64,000 bases of DNA from Clostridiales bacterium (GTDB lineage Bacteria; Bacillota; Clostridia; Saccharofermentanales; Saccharofermentanaceae), in contig JAFWDK010000010.1 of NCBI GenBank assembly GCA_017513085.1, forward strand, positions 224,001 to 288,000, given 5' to 3'. The notes under the pieces are model-generated. The model saw only the letters and a list, made by a program, of their open reading frames with translations, had not been told where the DNA came from and did no database searches. A program made the position numbers and the translations under genes. Position 1 is the stretch's first letter. Every line of letters starts with the position of its first letter. Below are positions 49,987-60,171 of this stretch, one piece after another.

Positions 49987-51582
49987 ATGGATGCTAAAGA
50001 GTTATTAATTCAGGGTAAAGCCGTTTTGGGAATTGAGTTTGGTTCTACCAGAATCAAAGCGGTTGTTGTAGATGACAAAGGAAATCCTATCGCGTCAGGC
50101 AGCAAAGAATGGGAGAATGCCCTCGTTGATGGCATCTGGACTTATTCGGATGAGGCGATCTGGTCCGGACTCTCCGAATGCTATTCTGATCTTAAAAAGA
50201 ATATTCAAAATGAATACGGGATTATCGTTAAGAGTTTCGGTGCTATCGGTTTTTCTGCCATGATGCACGGATATCTTCCTTTTGACGCGAATGATAATTT
50301 ACTTGTGCCATTCCGTACCTGGAGAAATACGATCACAGAAGAAGCGGCGGACAAGCTTACGGAGGCTTTCCAGTTTAATATTCCGCAAAGATGGAGCATC
50401 GCTCATTTGTATCAGGCTATCCTGAACGGCGAGGCACATGTACCGTCGATCCGTCATTTCACGACTTTGGCCGGCTATGTTCATTTCCGCTTATGCGGAA
50501 ATAAGGTCCTTGGAGTCGGTGATGCTTCCGGTATGTTCCCGATCGATGACAAAACCGGAAATTATGATGAGGGTATGCTCGCGAAATTTGATTCTCTGGT
50601 TGCCGAAAAAGGCTTTGGTTGGAAATTGAAAGATATTCTTCCCAAAGTTCTTACGGCAGGTGAGAATGCAGGTGTGCTCACAGAGGCAGGTGCGGCTCTT
50701 CTTGATCAAGAAGGCGATCTTCAAAGCGGAATTCCGATGTGTCCGCCTGAAGGTGATGCAGGCACTGGCATGGTTGCCACTAATTCCGTCCGTATGGAGA
50801 CGGGTAATATCTCTGCCGGAACTTCTGTTTTCGCTATGATCGTTCTGAAAGAAAATATGAAACGTCTTCATAAAGAGATCGATATGGTTACCACACCGGC
50901 AGGCGCTCCGGTTGCAATGGTTCACTGCAACAACTGTACTTCCGAGATCAATGCATGGGTAAAGCTTTTTGACGAGTTTGCCAAAGCTATGGGACAGGAA
51001 TATGACCGTGGAGCGATTTTCGAGAAACTTTATGGAATTGCGCTGGATGGTGACAAAGATTGTGGTGGTTTGATCTCTTACAACTATTTCTCAGGTGAGC
51101 CGGTTACCGGTTTTGCCAAGGGTTGCCCACTGTTTGTCAGAAATGCTGAATCCGCATTTACTCTTCCGAATTTTATGCGTATGCATCTTTATTCGGCTCT
51201 GGCAGCTTTAAAAGTTGGCCTGGATATTCTTACAAAAGAAGAAAAAGTTGTTGTTAAGAAAATGTATGGTCATGGCGGTTTCTTCAAGACGCCTAAGGCA
51301 GGACAAACGATTGCATCTGCCGCGATCGGGTCTCCGGTATGTGTTATGGAAACAGCAGGAGAAGGCGGTGCCTGGGGTATTGCTCTCCTTGCATTGTATA
51401 TGATTTCGAAGGGCGAGGGCACGGCTCTTGCAGATTACCTGGATAACGAGATCTATGGTGGTTCTTCCGGTTCTGAAATTTCTGCTTCCAAGGAAGATAT
51501 GGACGGGTTTGCTGCATTTATGGATAAGTATGTTCCTGGTCTTGCAATCGAAAAGAGTGCGGTGGAGATCCTGGATAAGTGA
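49987..51582 (+). CDS. araB: FGGY-family sugar kinase, probable L-ribulokinase
   Basis: GIEFGSTRIKA, SAMMHGY, FRTWRN, PPEGDAGTGM, SAGTS and EGGAWG; upstream of araD. Confidence 0.85.
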   Translation: MDAKELLIQGKAVLGIEFGSTRIKAVVVDDKGNPIASGSKEWENALVDGIWTYSDEAIWSGLSECYSDLKKNIQNEYGIIVKSFGAIGFSAMMHGYLPFDANDNLLVPFRTWRNTITEEAADKLTEAFQFNIPQRWSIAHLYQAILNGEAHVPSIRHFTTLAGYVHFRLCGNKVLGVGDASGMFPIDDKTGNYDEGMLAKFDSLVAEKGFGWKLKDILPKVLTAGENAGVLTEAGAALLDQEGDLQSGIPMCPPEGDAGTGMVATNSVRMETGNISAGTSVFAMIVLKENMKRLHKEIDMVTTPAGAPVAMVHCNNCTSEINAWVKLFDEFAKAMGQEYDRGAIFEKLYGIALDGDKDCGGLISYNYFSGEPVTGFAKGCPLFVRNAESAFTLPNFMRMHLYSALAALKVGLDILTKEEKVVVKKMYGHGGFFKTPKAGQTIASAAIGSPVCVMETAGEGGAWGIALLALYMISKGEGTALADYLDNEIYGGSSGSEISASKEDMDGFAAFMDKYVPGLAIEKSAVEILDK

Positions 51583-51594
51583 GGTGGATAGATT

Positions 51595-52287
51595 ATGTTG
51601 GAAGAATTGAAACAAAAAGTATTTGAAGCAAATATGCTTCTTCCTAAATATGGACTGGTCACTTTTACATGGGGAAATGTCAGCGCCATTGACCGTGAAA
51701 GCGGTTTGTTCGTGATCAAGCCGAGTGGCGTTCCTTATGAGACGATGTGCGCGGATGATATGGTCGTGATGGATCTTGAGGGAAATCGAGTCGAAGGAAA
51801 ATATAAGCCTTCATCTGACACGCCGACGCACTTGATCCTTTATAAGCGTTTCCCGAATATCGGCGGCGTGGTGCATACTCATTCTTCGTACGCGACATCT
51901 TGGGCACAGAGTGGCCGCAGCATTCCGTGTTATGGTACAACGCATGCGGATTATTTCTATGGAAGCATTCCTTGTGTCAGATGTTTGACCAAAGAAGAGA
52001 TCGAAGCGGATTATGAAACCAATACAGGTATTTTGATCGCAGATTCTTTTGAAAAAGATTCTTTGGATTATGAGGCTGTCCCAGGTGTGTTATGCAAGAA
52101 TCATGGTCCTTTTACATGGGGAAAAGATGCTCATGAAGCCGTTCATAATGCGGTTGTGCTTGAAGAAGTGGCTAAGATGGCTTACCGTACGGAAATCATC
52201 AACAAAGAAGTGCTTCCGGCTCCCTCTGAATTACAAGATAAACATTATTTTCGAAAGCATGGAAAAAATGCTTATTATGGACAATAA
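51595..52287 (+). CDS. araD: L-ribulose-5-phosphate 4-epimerase
   Basis: [33 protein letters not shown] and KHG..AYYGQ. Confidence 0.96.
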   Translation: MLEELKQKVFEANMLLPKYGLVTFTWGNVSAIDRESGLFVIKPSGVPYETMCADDMVVMDLEGNRVEGKYKPSSDTPTHLILYKRFPNIGGVVHTHSSYATSWAQSGRSIPCYGTTHADYFYGSIPCVRCLTKEEIEADYETNTGILIADSFEKDSLDYEAVPGVLCKNHGPFTWGKDAHEAVHNAVVLEEVAKMAYRTEIINKEVLPAPSELQDKHYFRKHGKNAYYGQ

Positions 52288-52327
52288 AAATGGTATAATA
52301 GAAAAATCAACTTAGGAGGTTTTTGAT

Positions 52328-53809
52328 ATGAACAACATTCCAGAAATCAAATTGGGTATCGTTGCTGTATCCCGTGACTGTTTCCCGATTGCTCTCTCTG
52401 AGAAGAGAAGATCTGCAATCAAGGCTGCTTATAAGGGAGATCTTTATGAGTGCCCGGTAACTGTCGAGAATGAGCTCGATATGCTTAAAGCAGTTGAAGA
52501 TGTTAAGAAGGCTGAGTGCAATGCACTGGTTGTTTTCCTCGGCAACTTCGGTCCTGAAACACCTGAAACTCTCATTGCAAAGAATTTCGATGGTCCTTGC
52601 ATGTTTGTAGCTGCAGCAGAAGGTGACGGAGACATGGTCAATGGCCGTGGCGATGCTTACTGTGGTATGCTCAACTGCTCATACAACCTCGGTATGAGAC
52701 ATCTTGACGGATATATTCCAGAATATCCTGTCGGAACAGCTGAAGATATCGCAAAAATGATCGCTGATTTCGTACCGATCGCTCGTGCGGTTATTGGCGT
52801 TAAGAATCTTAAGATCATCACATTTGGTCCACGTCCGCAGGACTTCTTCGCTTGTAATGCACCTATCAAGGGTCTTTATGAGCTGGGCGTTGAGATCGAA
52901 GAGAATTCCGAGCTCGATCTTCTCGTTTCTTATAAGGAGCACGAGAATGACCCGCGTATTCCTGAGGTCTGCGAAGATATGGCCAAAGAAATGGGCGAAG
53001 GTAAGTACTATCCGGAGATGAGCGCTCGTATGGCTCAGTTCGAACTTACTCTTCTTGACTGGGCAGAAGCTCACAAGGGTTCCAGAAAGTATGTAGCATT
53101 TGCAGATAAGTGCTGGCCGGCATTCCCGTCCCAGTTCGGATTCGAGCCTTGCTATGTTAACAGCCGTCTTGCTTCCCGTGGTATTCCGGTATCCTGCGAA
53201 GTTGATATCTACGGCGCTCTTTCCGAGTATATCGGTATCTGCATCAGCAATGATACTGTTACTCTCCTTGACATCAACAACTCTGTACCGCAGTACATCT
53301 ATGATGAGGAGAAGGATAAGTTCAAGAACTACAAGCTTACAGATACATTTATGGGCTTCCATTGCGGTAACACACCTTCTTGCAAGATGTGCGGCGATCG
53401 TGCGATCAAGTATCAGCTGATCCAGCACAGATTGCTTGAGCCAGCCGGTTCTGATCCGGATTTCACACGTGGTACTCTCGAGGGTGACATCGCTGCTTCC
53501 GATATTACATTCTATCGTCTGCAGTGCAACAGTGACGGAGAACTCGTTTCTTACATCGCTGAAGGTGAGATCCTTGACGTTAAGACACGTTCCTTCGGTG
53601 GTATTGCTATCTTCGCTATTCCGGAAATGGCAAGATTCTATCGTCATGTCCTGATCCAGGGCAGATTCCCGCACCATGGTGCTGTTGCTTTCGGTCATTA
53701 CGGAAAACTGATGTTCGAGACATTTAAGCTTCTCGGCATTTGCCCGTGCAGAATCGGATACAATAAGCCGGCCGGTGATCTCTACAAGACAGAGAATCCG
53801 TTCAGCTGA
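52328..53809 (+). CDS. L-fucose/L-arabinose isomerase-family (FucI-like) protein
   Basis: LGNFGPE, RGDAYCG, CW, CEVD, D.N, FHCG and FPHHGA; strong codon bias. Confidence 0.8.
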   Translation: MNNIPEIKLGIVAVSRDCFPIALSEKRRSAIKAAYKGDLYECPVTVENELDMLKAVEDVKKAECNALVVFLGNFGPETPETLIAKNFDGPCMFVAAAEGDGDMVNGRGDAYCGMLNCSYNLGMRHLDGYIPEYPVGTAEDIAKMIADFVPIARAVIGVKNLKIITFGPRPQDFFACNAPIKGLYELGVEIEENSELDLLVSYKEHENDPRIPEVCEDMAKEMGEGKYYPEMSARMAQFELTLLDWAEAHKGSRKYVAFADKCWPAFPSQFGFEPCYVNSRLASRGIPVSCEVDIYGALSEYIGICISNDTVTLLDINNSVPQYIYDEEKDKFKNYKLTDTFMGFHCGNTPSCKMCGDRAIKYQLIQHRLLEPAGSDPDFTRGTLEGDIAASDITFYRLQCNSDGELVSYIAEGEILDVKTRSFGGIAIFAIPEMARFYRHVLIQGRFPHHGAVAFGHYGKLMFETFKLLGICPCRIGYNKPAGDLYKTENPFS

Positions 53810-53834
53810 TCTTTATCTGAGTAAATGATCTTAC

Positions 53835-53874
53835 ACACTGCCTTCCGCCTTATGGGTGGGAGGCAGTGCTTTTA
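53835..53874 (+). terminator. Terminator after the ara operon
   Basis: cactgccttcc...gggaggcagtg followed by a short T-tract. Confidence 0.75.
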
Positions 53875-53922
53875 TCTGGTATAATGACATGAGTGACGAT
53901 GAGGGGAGCTGCTTTTTCGTAG

Positions 53923-55695
53923 ATGCTGAAAAGAGCACTGAATAAGTTTTTAAATAACCTGAAGCTGCATAATAAATTCCTTATTATGTATATATTCTGC
54001 GTCATCATTCCTCTGATCATTACGGATACTGTTATTTTCTATTCGTTATATACGAAAGAATACAACCGTCGTAAATACGAGATGTATAGTGTTGCGCAAG
54101 GTTACCAGAATGCAATCAGTACGATTATCAGTTATGATGCCAGTATCGTTCACGCAATCAGTGTGAACGGAGGTCTGAAAAAGTTTTTGGATCATGATTA
54201 TTCCGGCGTTAACGAGTACATCAATGCGTATTATGATTTTGTAAATGATTCGTTTTTTGAGACACTTACAGGTATGAGAAATGACCGTATCACAGTATAT
54301 TCAGACAATCCGACCATCTATAACGGTAAATATTTTAAGCGTTTGTCCGCCGCCCGGGATCTGGAATGGTATGATCGTTTTATCCTTTCCGGCCGTGATG
54401 AAAGTTTGATCATATATTATGACAATCAAGTAGATGCCAGATTGGAGTCTCGTCGAAAAATCGTATTTGTGAAGCGCTTCAAGAATATGTATGATAGCAA
54501 ATACGATAAACTGGTTTCCGTTGAAATCGAGAGTTCAAATGTTCAGGCATCGATCCTGCAGGTTTCGGATGTTTTTCGAAGCTATATCTGCTGCGGTGAT
54601 TATGTTGCGATAGCTAAATATGGCGATACGACTACGTCGATCGAATCGGTGATGAATAAATCGCGTAATCGCATCAGCGTACACTATCCATTTACGATCG
54701 CCGGTACGCAGTTGGACATATATTTGTTTGACGATGATCCTTTGATCACCGGGATCATTTCGAATAATTTTTGGATCGTTTTGATCTTTTTGATCATAAC
54801 ACTTGCGCTTCCGGTGTTGATCATGAAAGCAATAGAGGAGACGATCGATACACGTATTACAACGCTTAAAGAAGCTTTTAGCGGAAACAGCACAGATAAA
54901 TTCCAACCTATTTCCAAGATTGAAGGAAATGATGAGATATCTTTGCTGATGACGAGTTATAACCGTATTGCCAAGATCAATAATGAACTGATCAATACGC
55001 TGTACAAGGATAAATTGAAAGAGCGGGAGAATGATCTGGCGAGAAAGAATGCTGAACTTCTTGCTTTGCAAAGTCAGATCAATCCTCACTTCCTTTTCAA
55101 TGCGCTTGAAAGTATTCGTATGCACAGTATTCTGCGTGGAGAAGATGAAACTGCGGATATGGTTGAAAAATTGGCAGTCATGGAAAGACAGAATGTTGAG
55201 TGGGGGGACGATTTGGTTTCAATCAAAAAAGAAACCGAATCTATTGAAGCCTATCTTTATCTTCAGAGTTATCGTTTTGGCGATCGTCTTTCTTTTGATA
55301 TCGATGTGGATAAGGAATGCGAAAACCTTTATATACCTAAGCTGACACTGGTTACTTTTGTTGAGAATGCTTGTGTACACGGCATTGAGGCTAAATCTTC
55401 GGCGGGATGGATCTTTGTTCGAGTATATAAAAAAGATGAATTCTTATGTATGGAAGTTGAAGATACCGGCGGCGGTATGGATGATGCCGAGATTGCTTCT
55501 TTGATCAAGAATATAGAGAACGTCAGTATCGAACAGATAAAAGGAAAGAAGCATGTTGGAATTCTGAATGCTTGTCTGAGACTGAAATTGCATTCTGAAA
55601 ACCAGGCAAAGATAACGATAGATAGCGAAGTCGGAGTAGGAATGTGCGTGTTGATCCGTGTTCCTCTAGATAAACTAATAGGTAATAAGGGGTGA
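53923..55695 (+). CDS. YesM-like sensor histidine kinase
   Basis: Two TM segments, HAMP-like region, LQSQINPHFLFNALE, VENA..HG and D.G.G. Confidence 0.92.
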   Translation: MLKRALNKFLNNLKLHNKFLIMYIFCVIIPLIITDTVIFYSLYTKEYNRRKYEMYSVAQGYQNAISTIISYDASIVHAISVNGGLKKFLDHDYSGVNEYINAYYDFVNDSFFETLTGMRNDRITVYSDNPTIYNGKYFKRLSAARDLEWYDRFILSGRDESLIIYYDNQVDARLESRRKIVFVKRFKNMYDSKYDKLVSVEIESSNVQASILQVSDVFRSYICCGDYVAIAKYGDTTTSIESVMNKSRNRISVHYPFTIAGTQLDIYLFDDDPLITGIISNNFWIVLIFLIITLALPVLIMKAIEETIDTRITTLKEAFSGNSTDKFQPISKIEGNDEISLLMTSYNRIAKINNELINTLYKDKLKERENDLARKNAELLALQSQINPHFLFNALESIRMHSILRGEDETADMVEKLAVMERQNVEWGDDLVSIKKETESIEAYLYLQSYRFGDRLSFDIDVDKECENLYIPKLTLVTFVENACVHGIEAKSSAGWIFVRVYKKDEFLCMEVEDTGGGMDDAEIASLIKNIENVSIEQIKGKKHVGILNACLRLKLHSENQAKITIDSEVGVGMCVLIRVPLDKLIGNKG

Positions 55696-55702
55696 ACGAT
55701 AT

Positions 55703-57295
55703 ATGTTAAAAGTTATGATCATTGATGATGAACCTTATATTCTACAGGGTCTTCAGGTACTGGTTGACTGGAATAATGAAGGGTTTGAAGTTGATGCTTT
55801 AATGACAAACGGCATAGATGCCTTGAAATATCTAAAAGATCACCAGGTGGATCTCATCATTTCGGACATTCAGATGCCTTTGATGACCGGGTTGGAGCTT
55901 TTGGAAGAGATCAATAAGCAGAATCTGTCGGATGCTAAATTCGTGATACTTACAGGTTATGACAATTTTTCCTATGTCCAGAAAGCGATCCGCAGCGGTT
56001 GCTTTGATTATATTCTGAAGCCGGTCAGCAAGGATGACCTGATCTCTTTGCTTCGGAAGGTGGCTAATCTGAAGGAAGAGAAAAATATCGTTGAGGAAAA
56101 ACAGAAAAAACTCGAGGATGCATATTTAGCATCGAATCTGATTTCTATAATAAAAGGTAAATATGATGATACGAATATCGAATATGTCAAGAACCATCTG
56201 CAATTAGCGGGTGGTATCCGATTCGTTGATATCGAGATCATGACGGAAGGAATCGTTGATGATGAGGATGATTACGATCTGCGTGTGCTTCAGAAACAGC
56301 TTTTCAATTCTTTAAAAGAAATCCTTAAAGACAATGCCAACCATTTCATTTTTGATGTTTCTTATGAAAAGGACAACTATGATGTCGGATTTATATACTG
56401 TGAGAATATGGCGACACGACGTGATCTTACCGAGGAGGAATTCTTCCGGATGCTTTTGAAAAAACTGGAAGTTGTTTTTACCAAGCCGGTGCGCATTATG
56501 TGCGGAAAGACTGTCCCGGATGTTTCTTCTTTGTCCAAATCATACAGTTCCTGTGCCAGAATCGATAGTATCAAGGGATTTCATAACCAGAAAAACCTGT
56601 ATTTCTATGAAAATGATATCCAGGTTGGTCAAAATGGTATTGTCCTTTGTAAAAACAGCCTGGATGAATGTATTGCGGCGATCCAGTCGAATGATCATGA
56701 AGCAATCAAAACTGCAGTTAAACAGCTTTATGAGGATATGAATAAAGGTGAGAATACTAATAATGTAATAGATCTGAACATTAACTATCTTTTGTTTCAA
56801 CTTATCCATCTGGCTTCGGAACAGGACGATAATGTTAACCAGGAAGAGGTTATCCAGTATATTTCTGAACAATCTTTTGAAAAGTCGATCAATCGAGGCA
56901 GTGCCCAGCATTTTGAGCGATTTGCCATAGAATATGCTGATTACCTTATGGGATTAAGAAAAAATGTATCCCGAGGCATACTTGCGGAGATCGAGACGGA
57001 AATACGAGATCACTATGCGGAGAATATCAGTTTGAGAAATCTTGGCGAGAAATTTTTTATTAACAGTTCTTATCTGGGACAAATATTCCGGAAAAAGTAC
57101 AATCAATCTTTTAAGGATTACCTGACAAATTATAGGATCAACGAAGCATCCAAACAATTAGTCACTACAGAGAAGAAGATCAACAGGATCGCATTCGATG
57201 TAGGGTATAAGGATTGTGACTATTTTATCCGCAAATTCATTGAAACAAAGGGATGCACGCCTTCCAAGTATAGAAAGATGCATCGCGAGACTTGA
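55703..57295 (+). CDS. YesN-like response regulator (REC plus AraC HTH)
   Basis: IDDE, SDIQMP..TGL and YILKP; C-terminal YL...F and VGY.D..YF.R.F....G.TP..YR. Confidence 0.93.
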   Translation: MLKVMIIDDEPYILQGLQVLVDWNNEGFEVDALMTNGIDALKYLKDHQVDLIISDIQMPLMTGLELLEEINKQNLSDAKFVILTGYDNFSYVQKAIRSGCFDYILKPVSKDDLISLLRKVANLKEEKNIVEEKQKKLEDAYLASNLISIIKGKYDDTNIEYVKNHLQLAGGIRFVDIEIMTEGIVDDEDDYDLRVLQKQLFNSLKEILKDNANHFIFDVSYEKDNYDVGFIYCENMATRRDLTEEEFFRMLLKKLEVVFTKPVRIMCGKTVPDVSSLSKSYSSCARIDSIKGFHNQKNLYFYENDIQVGQNGIVLCKNSLDECIAAIQSNDHEAIKTAVKQLYEDMNKGENTNNVIDLNINYLLFQLIHLASEQDDNVNQEEVIQYISEQSFEKSINRGSAQHFERFAIEYADYLMGLRKNVSRGILAEIETEIRDHYAENISLRNLGEKFFINSSYLGQIFRKKYNQSFKDYLTNYRINEASKQLVTTEKKINRIAFDVGYKDCDYFIRKFIETKGCTPSKYRKMHRET

Positions 57296-57355
57296 TGTAA
57301 AACGCACAAACAAAATCATTTTCGTCTTTGGTTTGTTGTACTTTTTTACCTAGAC

Positions 57356-57387
57356 TTTTTCGGGTAACTAGTAAGAGTTTTTCGGGT
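57356..57387 (+). promoter_or_regulatory. Direct repeat, candidate response-regulator site
   Basis: TTTTTCGGGT at 57356 and 57378, a 22 bp period. Confidence 0.5.
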
Positions 57388-57471
57388 TGTTGAAAAGTAC
57401 ATACAAAACTAAAATTAAAACATAAATAGTGTCGCGTAAGCGGCCAAAAACAATTTTGAGGAGGTTATGTA

Positions 57472-59130
57472 ATGAAATCGAAGAAGATTTTCGCGCTTAC
57501 AATGGCTTGCATGATGGGTCTTGGTGCATTTGCAGGTTGCGCAAAGAAAAAAGATGAGATCTTGAATTGGAATTTCTTCGCTGCTATGCATGGTAGTGAG
57601 ATCAACGATGGTAACGAGATTCAGGAACTGATCGCAAAAGACACGGGTATTCGTGTTAAGGAGACTTGGCTTGCCGGCCAGACATCCGCTGAGGCTATTG
57701 GTTCTATCGTTGCTTCCGGTGAGCTTCCGGAATTCATCGATGGTGGTGACGGAAGTGAAGAGCTTTACAAGGCTGGCTATCTTGTTGCTTGGGATGATTA
57801 TCTTGCAAAGCCGGAGTTTGCAAATCTTAAAGAGATGTATTCCGACAAAGAGTGGGAAATGTTCAAGCATGATGGTCACATCTATTGGGCGAACGTTTTC
57901 AACAACAGCTATGGTGGAAAGCCGGTTTCTCACGGATTTAACGATGAGGCTTTCTGGATCCAGGTAAGAGTTCTTGAGTGGGCTAACTATCCGAAGATTG
58001 ATACTCTTGATGAGTATTTTGATCTTCTCGAGAGATACTACAAAGAGAACACAACAAACGCTGACGGAACAAAGATCATTCCTTACACATGTCTCTGTGA
58101 AGACTGGAGATATTTCTGTATTGAGAACGCTCCTGAGTTCCTCGACGGTTATCCGAACGATGGTTCCGTTATCGTAAATCTCGATGATCCGGATCATCCG
58201 AAGATCGTTGACTACAACACTACACCTACAGCTAAGAGATACTTCGCTAAGTTGAATGAGATCTATCATAAGGGTTTGATGGATCCTGAGTTCGCTATCC
58301 AGACATACGACGAGTATATGGCTAAGCTTTCTACTGGTGCTGTTCTTGGTATGTGCGATCAGTGGTGGAACTTTGCTGGTACAGTTAATGATAACTTCAA
58401 GGCTAACAAGCTTGATGAGCAGGGCATGAACTACGTACCGCTTGGTCCGACAATTGATAAGGGCATGACAAACCGTTGGTACATTGGTGCTAACGACACA
58501 TTGAACTCCGCTTCCGGTATCGCTGTAACAACAAGCTGCAAGGATCCGGATAAGGCTTTCAAGTTCCTGAACAGAATGCTGGATCAGGATATGCATAACC
58601 TCCGTTTCTGGGGTATCAAGGATGTTGACTACCTCGTAGAAGAAGGAACAGGCATGTTCTACAGAACACAGGAAATGCGTGACAAGTGGGCAGACTCCAA
58701 CTATACAAAGTCTCACTGCTGCATGTATGCATACTTCCCGCAGTGGGGTGGTATGTCCCGTGATGGTATCAACACCATGCAGCCTGGTGACTCCGTAAGT
58801 GAGTTCTTCGCTGGTATGGCTGATCCGCTCGTTAAGTGCTTCAAGGCTTATGGTTACACAGCTTACAACGAGTTCCTCCGTTCTACAGATGGAACAGTTG
58901 GTATCTGGTATCCTATGTATCAGTTCTCTAACAACCTTAAGACTGATACAGACGCTGGTGTTGCTTGGACAAAGATGGGCGAAGTTAAGCATCACTGGTT
59001 GCCGGAAATCGTAGTTGCTGACGATTTCGAAGCAAAGTGGAATGAGTACATGGCTGCTTACGCAGAGTGCAAGCCGGAAGACTTCCTCGCTTACATGCAG
59101 AAGACTCTGGACGATCTCATTGCATCATAA
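57472..59130 (+). CDS. Carbohydrate ABC transporter substrate-binding lipoprotein
   Basis: FAG-C lipobox, SGELPEF and FWIQ.RVLE; highly biased codons. Confidence 0.9.
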   Translation: MKSKKIFALTMACMMGLGAFAGCAKKKDEILNWNFFAAMHGSEINDGNEIQELIAKDTGIRVKETWLAGQTSAEAIGSIVASGELPEFIDGGDGSEELYKAGYLVAWDDYLAKPEFANLKEMYSDKEWEMFKHDGHIYWANVFNNSYGGKPVSHGFNDEAFWIQVRVLEWANYPKIDTLDEYFDLLERYYKENTTNADGTKIIPYTCLCEDWRYFCIENAPEFLDGYPNDGSVIVNLDDPDHPKIVDYNTTPTAKRYFAKLNEIYHKGLMDPEFAIQTYDEYMAKLSTGAVLGMCDQWWNFAGTVNDNFKANKLDEQGMNYVPLGPTIDKGMTNRWYIGANDTLNSASGIAVTTSCKDPDKAFKFLNRMLDQDMHNLRFWGIKDVDYLVEEGTGMFYRTQEMRDKWADSNYTKSHCCMYAYFPQWGGMSRDGINTMQPGDSVSEFFAGMADPLVKCFKAYGYTAYNEFLRSTDGTVGIWYPMYQFSNNLKTDTDAGVAWTKMGEVKHHWLPEIVVADDFEAKWNEYMAAYAECKPEDFLAYMQKTLDDLIAS

Positions 59131-59150
59131 GATTTTCTAGTCAATTAGGT

Positions 59151-59188
59151 GGTGGCAACCACAGTTTAAATGACTGTGGTTGCCACTT
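59151..59188 (+). other. Intercistronic stem-loop
   Basis: gtggcaaccacagt-ttaaatg-actgtggttgccac with no long T-tract. Confidence 0.7.
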
Positions 59189-59212
59189 CTAAACTTTAGG
59201 GGAGGCAATTAT

Positions 59213-60157
59213 ATGAGCCTTATGGGTACAAATTCACCGGCTTTGAAAGAAAAAAATACTAGAGCCGAGATGAAGAGACAGAGAATTCTTCTTATCATAG
59301 CAGGATTATTTGTTATCTATGGTATCGTATTCTATTATTTGCCATTGTTCGGCTGGATCATGGCTTTTCAGAACTATAAGATTAAAGATGGTATTTTCGG
59401 TTCTGAGTTTGTAGGATTAAGATGGTTTAAATTTCTGTTCTCTGATCAAACATTCTTACGAGTTATTCGTAACACTCTTTGCATGGGTGTATTAAATCTT
59501 GTTTCCACAACAATTACAGCGATTGGTTTCGCTATCCTTTTGAATGAGGTAAGGAACACTTTCGGTAAAAAGTTGGTTCAGACAATTTCTTACTTACCTC
59601 ACTTTTTGTCTTGGATCGTTGTAACAGGTATTGTTCATGATGCTCTTTCTATTAACGGTGTCATTAACGAATTATTTGTTAACTTACATATTTTTAAAGA
59701 GCCTATCAGTTTCTTCTCGCATAAAGAATATTTCTGGCCTATCGTTGCTTTGTCCAACGTTTGGAAAGAAACTGGTTGGAATGCTATTATCTATCTTGCA
59801 ACTATCACATCTATTGACCCTGCTCTTTATGAAGCAGCTGCGATGGATGGTGCCGGTAGATGGCAGAAGATCAAGCATATTACTCTCCCGGGTCTTCGTT
59901 CCACAATCATCATTCTTCTTATCATGAATATCGGTAATGTTATCAATGCCGGATTCGAAGTTCAGTACTTGTTGACAAACGGCTTTATTAAGCCTGTATC
60001 TGAGACGATCGATATTTATGTATTGACCTATGGTGTTGGTAAGATGAACTACTCACTTGGTACAGCCGGCGGTATATTTAAGACATTCGTATCTTTGGTC
60101 CTCATCGTAATCTTTAACTTTATTGCGAAGAAGACCGGCGATGAACGGTTGTTCTAA
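59213..60157 (+). CDS. Carbohydrate ABC permease (LplB-like)
   Basis: AFQ.Y, YLPHFLSW, WKE.GW and LYEAA.MDGA. Confidence 0.93.
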   Translation: MSLMGTNSPALKEKNTRAEMKRQRILLIIAGLFVIYGIVFYYLPLFGWIMAFQNYKIKDGIFGSEFVGLRWFKFLFSDQTFLRVIRNTLCMGVLNLVSTTITAIGFAILLNEVRNTFGKKLVQTISYLPHFLSWIVVTGIVHDALSINGVINELFVNLHIFKEPISFFSHKEYFWPIVALSNVWKETGWNAIIYLATITSIDPALYEAAAMDGAGRWQKIKHITLPGLRSTIIILLIMNIGNVINAGFEVQYLLTNGFIKPVSETIDIYVLTYGVGKMNYSLGTAGGIFKTFVSLVLIVIFNFIAKKTGDERLF

Positions 60158-60171
60158 GGAGGTGACATGCT

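Noticed and set aside
57415-58995. 526-aa antisense ORF over the sugar-binding protein gene
   Set aside because: It mirrors a strongly codon-biased gene, which suppresses antisense stops, and has no recognisable motifs.
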